Source: Patescibacteria group bacterium
GTDB lineage: Bacteria; Patescibacteriota; Patescibacteriia; UBA10025; JAHIVO01
Assembly: GCA_041650915.1 (NCBI GenBank)
Contig: JBAZKE010000002.1
Location: 144,638-208,637, forward strand
Direction of reading: 5' to 3'
Length of the DNA stretch: 64,000 bases
Below, piece by piece: positions 56,558 through 64,000 of this stretch. Under the pieces are notes generated by a model. That model was given only the letters and a program-made list of their open reading frames with translations. It made no database searches and was not told where the DNA came from. Position 1 is the stretch's first letter; every line of letters begins with the position of its first letter. Made by a program: the position numbers and the translations under genes.

Positions 56558-56585
56558 AGTATACCGCTTTTTATGCGGATGTCTA
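56558..56585 (-). promoter_or_regulatory. Sigma70-like promoter (TAGACA-16-TATACT) upstream of micro-ORF/ATP-grasp gene
   Basis: Read on the minus strand in the 160-nt gap between the ABC-2 permease and the ATP-grasp gene. Confidence 0.4.
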
Positions 56586-56609
56586 TAGACGGCCGGGAGG
56601 TGTGGAAAA

Positions 56610-57746
56610 CTAATTAGTGAACTTGAACGATTTCCAGGCGAGCGCGAAGGATACGACGATCCATCCTCCAATGAAGGCAAGCTGCGTGTAGATGTTCTGT
56701 ATTCCGCCGCCGTTGATCGCGACTTCGCGGAGCGCTTCGATCATCGGCGTGAGCGGCAGGTACTGCACGATTCCCGCAATCGCCTTCGGCAGGGTTTCCG
56801 ACGGGAAGAACACGCCGGAGAAGAACATCATCGGCATGGTCACGACCTGGGACAGCGCTTCCGCGGTCTTCGTGTTTTTCGAATACCCCGCGACCGCGAA
56901 TCCGATGTTCAGGAACACGACGCTTCCGAGGATGCAGATGAGGTAGAGGAGGAGGTAATTGCCGTACACGTTGACGCCGAAGGCGAGCTGTGCGAGCAGT
57001 ATGATGAGCGAGATCTGTATGATGTTCACAAAGAGGTATGAGAGCACTTCGGCCGCAAGAAAATTGCGTATTTTAATCGGGGTTGCGGACAGCCGCTTCA
57101 AGAGTTTTTGTTCACGGTATCTGCTGATGCCCGTTGCGATGCCGATCACTGCTGACATCATGATTGCCATGCCGAGTATGCCCGGCATGATGATGTCTAT
57201 GTACTTGATGTTTTTTGATTGGATGTTTTCGGTCGTGTATGAAAACAGTGTCGGTGCGCCTGCGGCCTGCAGGTTCATTTGGTCGATAAACTTATCGACG
57301 ACGCTCAGTGCGATTTGGTTCGTAGTGATGTTGCTCTCATCATAGTATACCTCGATGGGCGAGAGGCTTGGCAAGGCTTGGGACGGCGGGACTGCCGTAT
57401 CGCCCGCGCGGTCCTCCGGCATCTCAGCGGCTTCCGGAACGCTGAAATCTTCCGGTACGACGATGATGGCCTGGATGTCGCCATCGGCGAGCTGCTGCTT
57501 TGCCGCATCAAGCGTTTCGGGGGCATCCTGCTTCTTGAGGAACTCCAGTTTGTCAAAACCAGCCTGGAAGCTTGCCGAGAGTTCGCTCTCCGCGTGGTCG
57601 AATAGAATGTATTTCATGTCTCCCATCCGCTCAAAATCGAACAGCCCGAAGATGACGATGAACATGAGCGGGAACAGGAGCGACCAGAAGATCGCCTGCT
57701 TATCGCGGAAGGTCATTTTGATGTTGGCGACGAAAAGTTTTAACAT
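56610..57746 (-). CDS. ABC-2 type transporter permease
   Basis: 378 aa. N-terminal TM, a large extracytoplasmic loop and 5 C-terminal TM helices: the ABC-2 family architecture. 4-nt gap to the ATPase gene. Confidence 0.75.
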   Translation of the reverse strand: MLKLFVANIKMTFRDKQAIFWSLLFPLMFIVIFGLFDFERMGDMKYILFDHAESELSASFQAGFDKLEFLKKQDAPETLDAAKQQLADGDIQAIIVVPEDFSVPEAAEMPEDRAGDTAVPPSQALPSLSPIEVYYDESNITTNQIALSVVDKFIDQMNLQAAGAPTLFSYTTENIQSKNIKYIDIIMPGILGMAIMMSAVIGIATGISRYREQKLLKRLSATPIKIRNFLAAEVLSYLFVNIIQISLIILLAQLAFGVNVYGNYLLLYLICILGSVVFLNIGFAVAGYSKNTKTAEALSQVVTMPMMFFSGVFFPSETLPKAIAGIVQYLPLTPMIEALREVAINGGGIQNIYTQLAFIGGWIVVSFALAWKSFKFTN

Positions 57747-57749
57747 ACG

Positions 57750-58682
57750 TTACTCGCGGAGTTTTTTGCCGGTTAGGTCGAGGAATACGTCCTCGAGGTC
57801 AGCGGAGATTACTTCGAGATCCTGCATGAAGACGTTTGTCTTTTCAGCCCATTGGTACAGTTTGGGCAGGACCTCATTGCTCTTCGTTACCTTGAGGTGG
57901 TATACGTTATCCCCGTTTTTTTCCGTATTGAGGACGCCGTCGATGCGCTCGAGCTGGGCAAGGTCAAACCGCTCTTCTGCGCGGAAGTGGATTCGAGCGG
58001 ATGACTTGAGCTGGCGGACGAGGTTTTTGGGCGTATCAAGCGCGATAATCCTGCCCTCATCCATGATGCCGACGCGGTTGCACAGGTACTCGGCCTCTTC
58101 CATGTAGTGGGTGGTCAGTATTACCGTTTTGCCCTGCGCATTAATTTTTTTGATAAATTGCCACATGAGGTGCCGGGCCTGTGGGTCGAGCCCGGTCGTC
58201 GGCTCATCAAGGAAGACGATCTTCGGGTCATTGACGAGCGCCGCGCAGATCGAGAAGCGCTGCTGCTGCCCGCCGGAGAGCTGCTTGATGAGCGCCTTCT
58301 TTTTATCTTTCAGCTGTACGATTTCAAGGAGCCCGTCGGGATCGACCGCTTTTTCATAGAAGCTGCCGAAGAGCTTGAGGATTTCCCCGAGCCTGAGGTA
58401 TTCGTAGTACGCTGATGACTGGAGCTGGATGCCGATGAGGTTTTTGACCTTGTTCAGCTCGCGCTGCGTACTCTTGCCCTCGATGAGCGTCTCGCCGCCT
58501 GTCGGCTGCTGCAGCCCTTCGATGATTTCGAGGGTCGTGGTCTTGCCGGCGCCGTTCGGGCCGAGCAAGCCGAAAATTTCCCCCCGGTGCACTGAAAAAG
58601 AGACGGCGTCCACGGCAACGAGGTCCGTTTTATCCGGTTCTTTGAACTTTTTTGTTAATTTTTTTACCTCAATGACGTCCAT
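57750..58682 (-). CDS. ABC transporter ATP-binding protein
   Basis: Walker A GPNGAGKTTT, signature LSGGQQQR, Walker B IVFLDEPTTGLD, H-loop. 310 aa. Confidence 0.9.
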   Translation of the reverse strand: MDVIEVKKLTKKFKEPDKTDLVAVDAVSFSVHRGEIFGLLGPNGAGKTTTLEIIEGLQQPTGGETLIEGKSTQRELNKVKNLIGIQLQSSAYYEYLRLGEILKLFGSFYEKAVDPDGLLEIVQLKDKKKALIKQLSGGQQQRFSICAALVNDPKIVFLDEPTTGLDPQARHLMWQFIKKINAQGKTVILTTHYMEEAEYLCNRVGIMDEGRIIALDTPKNLVRQLKSSARIHFRAEERFDLAQLERIDGVLNTEKNGDNVYHLKVTKSNEVLPKLYQWAEKTNVFMQDLEVISADLEDVFLDLTGKKLRE

Positions 58683-58730
58683 AGGCAGTTTTGTGACCTA
58701 TAGTGTAGCACAGGTGTGCGGCAATGAAAA

Positions 58731-58982
58731 TCATCTCCCCGCGGCCAGGATCAGCTGCAGCTTGTCGATTCGCGAGAGCTGCTTGATGCGGGCTTCTTCT
58801 CTTGAGGCAGTAGTGCGGGTCCGGTATTTTTTTGAGTATACCAACGCGAGCGGCCGCCGGGTACGTGTGTATTGTGCTCCGAGCGTTCCCGCGGTGTGCT
58901 CCCTGAGCCTCCGCTGGAGATCGGTTGTGATTCCGGTATAAAGTGTTCCGTCTTTGCACCTGAGCATGTAGACGCTGTACAT
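58731..58982 (-). CDS. GIY-YIG nuclease family protein (UPF0213-like)
   Basis: YSVYMLRCKDGTLYTGITTDLQRRLREH: GIY-YIG motifs. 83 aa. Confidence 0.8.
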   Translation of the reverse strand: MYSVYMLRCKDGTLYTGITTDLQRRLREHTAGTLGAQYTRTRRPLALVYSKKYRTRTTASREEARIKQLSRIDKLQLILAAGR

Positions 58983-58988
58983 ATCGTA

Positions 58989-59411
58989 CTACTCAATTCC
59001 TTTTCCAAATCTCCAGAAGAAGGTGGTAATGTTCGGGTAGCCGTCGAGATACCGGATGGCGCGCCTGAGCTCGTACTGCGACAGCCCGTTGCTCAGGGAG
59101 ATTCTTTCGCCCCCGTACCCCGTGTACCATTTTTCAAGCACGGTACGCGAGCGTTCATCGCCGAGCTGCCCGAGCGCCCACACTGCCGAGTTCCGGCTCC
59201 GGAAGCTGTTCGTTGTGTCGTCGAGGTACGAGCAGAGCGCCGCCACGCAGTCGCCCGCATACTTCGCCTGCGCGATCTGGCACTGCTGCTTCACGCTGTA
59301 GCCGATGATGGTTACGCTGATCAGGAAAATGAGCATGAACGTTGCGAATCCGATGCCGGCTCCATACAGGATCGCATCTTTGAGTGTGATGTTTGGGAGT
59401 ATTTTTTTCAT
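58989..59411 (-). CDS. Membrane-anchored HEAT-repeat (PBS-lyase-like) protein
   Basis: N-terminal TM. SAVWALGQLGDERS resembles HEAT_PBS repeats. Confidence 0.4.
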   Translation of the reverse strand: MKKILPNITLKDAILYGAGIGFATFMLIFLISVTIIGYSVKQQCQIAQAKYAGDCVAALCSYLDDTTNSFRSRNSAVWALGQLGDERSRTVLEKWYTGYGGERISLSNGLSQYELRRAIRYLDGYPNITTFFWRFGKGIE

Positions 59412-59417
59412 AGACTG

Positions 59418-59621
59418 TTACTCAGCAAAGGTGAATATTTTTTCTATGTGTTTGTTGAATACGCGGGCGATCTTATAGGCGAGCTCAAGCGAGGGGACGT
59501 AGCCGCCCTTCTCGATGGCGATGACGGTCTGGCGGGTGACGCCGATTTTTACCGCGAACTCCTCTTGTGTCAGGCCGCGCTGCTTCCGCAGCTCTCTGAT
59601 GCTATTCTCGAGTGCCGCCAT
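59418..59621 (-). CDS. XRE-family helix-turn-helix transcriptional regulator (short)
   Basis: MAALENSIRELRKQRGLTQEEFAVKIGVTRQTVIAIEKGGYVPSLELAYKIARVF, a Cro/C1-type HTH. Start at the internal Met; the ORF-track N-extension is rejected. Start coordinate is accurate to about +/-1 nt. Confidence 0.7.
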   Translation of the reverse strand: MAALENSIRELRKQRGLTQEEFAVKIGVTRQTVIAIEKGGYVPSLELAYKIARVFNKHIEKIFTFAE

Positions 59622-60000
59622 ACTTTTTATTGAAGTAGTGGAAAAAGATCGCGTACAGCGTGATGTTGAACAGCGCGACGTAGCTGATAACGACGCCGAG
59701 CGACTCAACATAGAATTCATCGTTCTGCTGCCCCGAGAAGATGAGAAACAGCGCAACGATCCCCAGCAGGAGCGTCGAACTGAGGTGGGTCAGCCGGGCG
59801 GCGTGGCCGCTCACGTTGAGCACGCGCTCGTCAATGATAACGTGTTTGTACTGTTGCCGGACGAGGAATACGAAGAGGGCGCCGATGAGCAGGCCGGCGA
59901 TGGCCAGAAAAAGGTTGCCGATGACGAATGCTACCGCGGTGGTTATGCCGATGAGGAGGACGATTGCGAGGCGAATGATCGAAAAGCCTTTCAGCGTCAT
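59602..60000 (-). CDS. DUF2178-like membrane protein (partner of short HTH regulator)
   Basis: 132 aa, 4 TM. The gene pair (small membrane protein immediately upstream of a roughly 65-aa XRE HTH) is a recurrent module. Confidence 0.45.
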   Translation of the reverse strand: MTLKGFSIIRLAIVLLIGITTAVAFVIGNLFLAIAGLLIGALFVFLVRQQYKHVIIDERVLNVSGHAARLTHLSSTLLLGIVALFLIFSGQQNDEFYVESLGVVISYVALFNITLYAIFFHYFNKKYGGTRE

Positions 60001-60123
60001 ACTGTTTCGTGGTAAATTGTGTATAGGTATAATGTAAAGTCTACTTTACATATTGTCAATACGAGTTATCCACATGGGCATTAAAAAAACGCTTATATAA
60101 GCGTTTTCTGTTGATACTGTTCG

Positions 60124-61239
60124 TCAAATTTTCAGATCATACATCCGGTATGTTTTGTAGATTTGCGCGCCGATCCGTTCAAGCACCGTGCGCATCGGTT
60201 TGTTCGATTCGTTGATCAGGGACATCTCTGTCCAGCGGTAGCCTTTTTTCCTGCCCTCTTCAAATGTTCTTTTGTAGAATACGTTGTCAAAACCGCGGTG
60301 GCGGTGCTCTTTGAGCACGCCCATCGCGAACGCGCGGAACGCATCAATGCTCCGCTTCTTAAGCAGTAGCTTGATGAGACCGACGGGAAGCAGCCTTCCG
60401 TTCGCTCGCTTGATCGCCTGGTTGATGTCCGGCAGGAACAGGGAGAAGCCGATCGGCTCGCCGTCGAGCTCAGCCACGAAGGTGATATCTTCATCGATCA
60501 CCATCTTGAGTTCCTTGGCGAGCGCCATGATCTCCTTCTCGTTCAGGGGGACCGCGCCCCAGTTCTCGTCCCACGCTTCGGTGTAGATTTTATGCACGAT
60601 CTTCGCTTCGCGCTCAATATACTTGAGATTCATTTTCCGTACGTGGAAGTTTTCGTATTTTTTTTCCACCTCATCTGCTTTTTTCAATACCGTATCGGGC
60701 AGCCCAATGCTGACATCCATCCGGTACGCGTACATGTCCTGCGAGCCTTTGAACCCGTATTGCTCGATGAGGCTGCCGTAGTAGGGCGGGTTGTGCGCCA
60801 TCATGACCATCGGCGGATGCTCGAAGCCGTCGACGAGCAGGGCGTACTCGCCGTTGATCGAGAAGCTGAACGGCCCGCGCATTGTCGAGTATCCCTTGTC
60901 CCGCAGCCACGCGGATGCGTAGTCGAAGAGCTTGTTCGCAACCGCACGGTCGTCGATGCATTCGAAAAATCCGAAGAATCCCGCTTTCTCATTGTGCCTC
61001 GTGACGTGCGGGATGTTTTCGTGCACGGACAGGCGGCCGGCCGGCTCGCCGTCGCACAGCGCCGTGATGAGCTGCACGCGCGAGTGGCGGTAGTACGGAT
61101 TCTTTTTCGGGTTGAGGAAGTCCATCCGCTCGGAGATGAGCGGCGGAACCCACGCAGGGTCATCTTTATAAATCGGCCAGGGGAGCTTCACGAACTGCTT
61201 GCGGTCCCGCTTGGTGCGGACTTCCTTGATAGTGATCAT
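60124..61239 (-). CDS. Putative GNAT-fold N-acetyltransferase family protein (about 370-aa type)
   Basis: N-terminal KQFVKLPWPIYKDDPAWVPPL pattern, recalled as typical of a family annotated as GNAT N-acetyltransferase. Not verified. Confidence 0.4.
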   Translation of the reverse strand: MITIKEVRTKRDRKQFVKLPWPIYKDDPAWVPPLISERMDFLNPKKNPYYRHSRVQLITALCDGEPAGRLSVHENIPHVTRHNEKAGFFGFFECIDDRAVANKLFDYASAWLRDKGYSTMRGPFSFSINGEYALLVDGFEHPPMVMMAHNPPYYGSLIEQYGFKGSQDMYAYRMDVSIGLPDTVLKKADEVEKKYENFHVRKMNLKYIEREAKIVHKIYTEAWDENWGAVPLNEKEIMALAKELKMVIDEDITFVAELDGEPIGFSLFLPDINQAIKRANGRLLPVGLIKLLLKKRSIDAFRAFAMGVLKEHRHRGFDNVFYKRTFEEGRKKGYRWTEMSLINESNKPMRTVLERIGAQIYKTYRMYDLKI

Positions 61240-61344
61240 ATGGCACTAGTGTATCAGAAAAACGGTTTCAAGGCGATTGCGTTGCTGGCTGCCCGTGCCC
61301 CGTATGCGGAGAGTTTCCCGGCTGGCAGGTTCTTTGCATTGGCC

Positions 61345-61776
61345 TTATCCCAGGGCCTTTTTCAGCCGCATTGTGACTTCTTGCAGCAGCGCTTCCGATG
61401 TTACGAAATCGCGGTTGGTTTTGTAAAGATGCCCGTAGCAGGCATCCGTAAAAGTTATGCCCATAAACTTTTTCGGTTGTGCGTATCGGGGAACGAGGTG
61501 CGCGTGGAGGTGCCGGGTTTCATTGCCTAGGAACGCATAGTTGAACCAGTCCGGGTTAAAGCAGGCCAGCACGGCGCGCCGCAGCGTTTTTAGTATAGCG
61601 AAGAGCTCTTTCCATTCATCTTCCGTCGCATGAGTGAGGTCGAGCGCATTTTTTCTCGTGCACCAGATAACGCAGCGGCCGAGATACCCTTGATTTTCAT
61701 GGGCATACACCGACCAGTGCCTGAATTCTTTTATTAAAAATTTTGAGTAGTCTCGCTTCATAGTATAAGGACGCAC
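61345..61776 (-). CDS. HIT family hydrolase
   Basis: HLHAHLVP histidine triad motif. 143 aa. Confidence 0.8.
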   Translation of the reverse strand: MRPYTMKRDYSKFLIKEFRHWSVYAHENQGYLGRCVIWCTRKNALDLTHATEDEWKELFAILKTLRRAVLACFNPDWFNYAFLGNETRHLHAHLVPRYAQPKKFMGITFTDACYGHLYKTNRDFVTSEALLQEVTMRLKKALG

Positions 61777-61967
61777 GGCTGTGTGATATTACGTTCCACG
61801 GCGGAGAAAAAGGCCCCTGCGTATCGCCGTTCAATCATTCGTTGTGGCATAACGTTTATATATCATGCGCTACCCGCCGTAGCCTTTTTGAATAACGTAC
61901 CTTTAGCGAAGTGGGTGGCGAAGGCTGGGTGGCGTATATACGCTGTTGTCCGATGTGCGCCATTTTT

Positions 61968-62378
61968 TTAATTTTTTTGACAATACTTTTGATTAAAATC
62001 ATTCTTATCACCGTATTCAGAAAAAGCCTCTTGATGTTTGGGTGGAAATAAATCTCGGTCCTTTTCATGTTTAATGCCACACCAATAGAGCTCGGTTTCG
62101 GCGCCCATTTTTGCCCAGTAATGAATCACTCCGTTTGCATAGCCGCAATACATGCAATAAAGCTTTTGAAATAAAGAAAGGTACGGTAATTTCGCACGGT
62201 CGGTAATCTTGATATAGTCTCTGCGTTTGACATACGGAATCCGCATCAGTGGAAAGCAGATTCTATGGTAGATTTCCGCCCAAATATCCAGTAGTAACAC
62301 CGGTAGTACAACTGTTGAGATAATCGGTGTAACAATCATATGTTTGAGCATCCTATGAGAATTTTTCAGATAAATCAT
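61968..62378 (-). CDS. Hypothetical protein (AT-rich block), Cys/His/Tyr-rich
   Basis: 136 aa. N-terminal TM then YCMYCGYANGVIHYW...WCGIKH. No family recognised. Flanked by palindromic 17-mers. Confidence 0.35.
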   Translation of the reverse strand: MIYLKNSHRMLKHMIVTPIISTVVLPVLLLDIWAEIYHRICFPLMRIPYVKRRDYIKITDRAKLPYLSLFQKLYCMYCGYANGVIHYWAKMGAETELYWCGIKHEKDRDLFPPKHQEAFSEYGDKNDFNQKYCQKN

Positions 62379-62503
62379 ATAGATAACAATTAGTACATTT
62401 TATATAACGTTTGAGTCTCATGCGCAGTCCCGTCGAATGACCGGATGGCGTATATACGCTGTTAGGTGAAGTTAGCCCATGAATAATAAGAGTGAAAACA
62501 AAA

Positions 62504-62914
62504 TTAGTTTATTGTAATACTGTCCGTTGTTTCGCCAATTGTATATGGGTACACTCCTTTATTATTGAAGGTGTATGAATACGTATTGTTCGGCTTAATA
62601 ATTATATCGATGCCCTGACCTGTAAAATCAGCGCGGAATACAACATCGTGATCTGTTAAATTGTTCCATACGATTGTATTAGGATTTGAACAGTTGCCCC
62701 GAGTCACCATAAAATTTTGCATCGACAGACCATCCTTCAAATATAAATTGGTATTTTTATATTCATCCGAGTTGAGAGTTTTATAGTCGATCGTAAACCG
62801 TTCGGTTCCTGAGCACCCACCGTCGTCAGTAATAACTAACCATATAAAAAAAGCAATCACGATAACAACTACTGGTAAACCTAGCTTTACTAGTCGAGAT
62901 TTTGTAGTGGTCAT
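62504..62914 (-). CDS. Hypothetical membrane-anchored protein (AT-rich block)
   Basis: 136 aa. N-terminal TM anchor and an Asn/Thr-rich beta-rich domain. Confidence 0.35.
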   Translation of the reverse strand: MTTTKSRLVKLGLPVVVIVIAFFIWLVITDDGGCSGTERFTIDYKTLNSDEYKNTNLYLKDGLSMQNFMVTRGNCSNPNTIVWNNLTDHDVVFRADFTGQGIDIIIKPNNTYSYTFNNKGVYPYTIGETTDSITIN

Positions 62915-62935
62915 ATTTATATATTATGGGTTAAT

Positions 62936-63100
62936 GTCACCTAACGTTTGTGATAACCGAAATCCCGAGTGACGAAGCGAATCGTGATTTAGGGAAATGT
63001 CGAGCCGAGGCATTTTCCGGTTATCACTTGTTAGGCGTCCTGAGCGTAACGAAGTGAAGCTCAAGCGCAGCGGGGTCGAAGCGATAGCGGAGAAGTTTAA
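62936..63100. repeat. Short intergenic repeat element with 20-bp inverted-repeat arms (copy A)
   Basis: Arms CACCTAACGTTTGTGATAACCG (62938-62960) and CGGTTATCACTTGTTAGGCG (63017-63038). Contains CCCGAGTGACGAAGCG and CCTGAGCGTAACGAAGTG words shared with copy B. Confidence 0.4.
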
Positions 63101-63101
63101 A

Positions 63102-63887
63102 TTAATAATGCCCTAAAATTTTTTTTACTTGCTCCATACCTTTTTCGGAAACCAGTTCCAAATTAATCGGGGTTATTGATATTTTTTCCTCGGCTAAAGC
63201 ATGTAAATCGGTGCCTGGTTTAGTTTTGGAAAAATCAATTGGCGGAGAAACGTATTTATAGACCTCTTCGGTTTTATGAAATAGTTTTCCATACGGATCT
63301 CTATGGGGGCGAGTAACAACAATTTCTGCATCTAATTTAACGTTGAATGGTATGTTTATGTTTAACAGGTCAGTTTCGCCAAGGGGTTTATCAAAAAATA
63401 TCTTTATTATATCCACGGTGATTTTAGCAGCATTATGGAAAACAATTTCATCTACCTCGGAATGATTGACTCCGTTCGGAATGTGAATTGAGGCCGCTAT
63501 CGATTTTAGCCCATCAATTGAGGCTTCCATCGAGGCGCCGATTGTCCCTGAGCTCAAGATACGGCCGTGCCCAGTGTTTAGACCAGTGTTTATTCCTGAA
63601 ACTACTAGCTTCGGTCTTTCTTTTAAAATATCATACAGACCGATTTGGACACAATCAGCCGGTGTACCGTTTAAGGAAAAAATTTCAAATTCTTTTAGTT
63701 TGATAGGAGTTATTGAAAGAGCGTTAGCCTGAGAAATGGATTTCCCAATCCAACTTTGTTCCGTTGAGGGTGCGATGGCGGTAACGGAAAAATGTTTTGA
63801 AAGCTCCTTCAATAACGGGTAAAAACCGACAGACTGAAAGCCATCATCATTTGTTAGTAATATATCGGTCATAAAATTTTGGGACAT
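63102..63887 (-). CDS. surE: 5'/3'-nucleotidase SurE
   Basis: MTDILLTNDDGFQSVGFYPL N-terminus (the TNDDG motif). 261 aa. AT-rich codon usage unlike the rest of the window. Confidence 0.8.
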   Translation of the reverse strand: MSQNFMTDILLTNDDGFQSVGFYPLLKELSKHFSVTAIAPSTEQSWIGKSISQANALSITPIKLKEFEIFSLNGTPADCVQIGLYDILKERPKLVVSGINTGLNTGHGRILSSGTIGASMEASIDGLKSIAASIHIPNGVNHSEVDEIVFHNAAKITVDIIKIFFDKPLGETDLLNINIPFNVKLDAEIVVTRPHRDPYGKLFHKTEEVYKYVSPPIDFSKTKPGTDLHALAEEKISITPINLELVSEKGMEQVKKILGHY

Positions 63888-63900
63888 TATTAATTTAAAT

Positions 63901-63960
63901 TACGCCTAACGTTGCGGGCTAGCCGATGTCCCGAGCGTAGCGAAGGATATGGGTGAGTGG
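63901..63960. repeat. Short intergenic repeat element (copy B, related to 62936-63100)
   Basis: ACGCCTAACGTT ... CCCGAGCGTAGCGAAGG shares the CCTAACGTT and CCYGAGYGWMGCGAAG words with copy A. Lies on the other side of surE. Confidence 0.35.
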
Positions 63961-64000
63961 GTAATGTTTGTTGCTATAAAATTTCTTCTATACGTTTCTG

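Noticed and set aside
1-64000. CRISPR arrays, IS elements, integrases, rRNA genes
   Set aside because: I scanned for regularly spaced direct repeats, transposase-like ORFs (DDE/HTH) and rRNA-like conserved stretches and found none. The only repeats are the short intergenic families in the last 2.2 kb.

Overview
This window reads as a dense, gene-packed bacterial chromosomal segment of roughly 55-58% GC, dropping to roughly 40% GC after about 61.8 kb. I estimated both figures by eye. It contains a canonical replication-origin neighbourhood: rpmH-rnpA-yidD-yidC on the minus strand, facing dnaA-dnaN on the plus strand, with the split at about 14.8 kb. Housekeeping genes include valS, tyrS, tsaD, tsaE, murB, maf, ruvC, yebC, a class A PBP, a ROK glucokinase, galU, surE and one tRNA-Glu. 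Three accessory regions stand out. The first (23.4-31.9 kb, minus strand) is an alpha-glucan operon with two tandem [GT5 glycogen synthase + GH57] modules plus a kinase-fold protein, a PHP phosphoesterase and a GalT-like enzyme. The second (34.4-44.1 kb) holds five consecutive GT-C-like polytopic membrane proteins (DUF2079-like and DUF2029/GT87-like), followed by three tandem TrbC/VirB2-like (T4SS-pilin-like) small membrane proteins. One of these carries a Cys-rich C-terminal extension, and an ABC substrate-binding protein, galU and a CapA-family gene lie alongside. The third (52.4-58.7 kb, minus strand) is the best candidate for an undescribed system. It has a QueC-like PP-loop protein with a CxnCxxCxxC zinc motif and an extra N-terminal domain. 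Next to it is a fused double ATP-grasp ligase with a Ddl-like C-terminal half, preceded by a translationally coupled 23-codon micro-ORF and a sigma70-like promoter. An ABC-2 permease and ABC ATPase pair completes it. The terminal AT-rich block (61.8-64 kb) contains short palindromic and inverted-repeat elements flanking its genes, suggesting a horizontally acquired or misjoined segment. The GT-C/pilin-like gene content and the many 4-nt gene overlaps hint at a Patescibacteria/CPR-like lineage, but this is low-confidence inference. All calls rest on motifs read directly from the translated sequence; no database search was possible.
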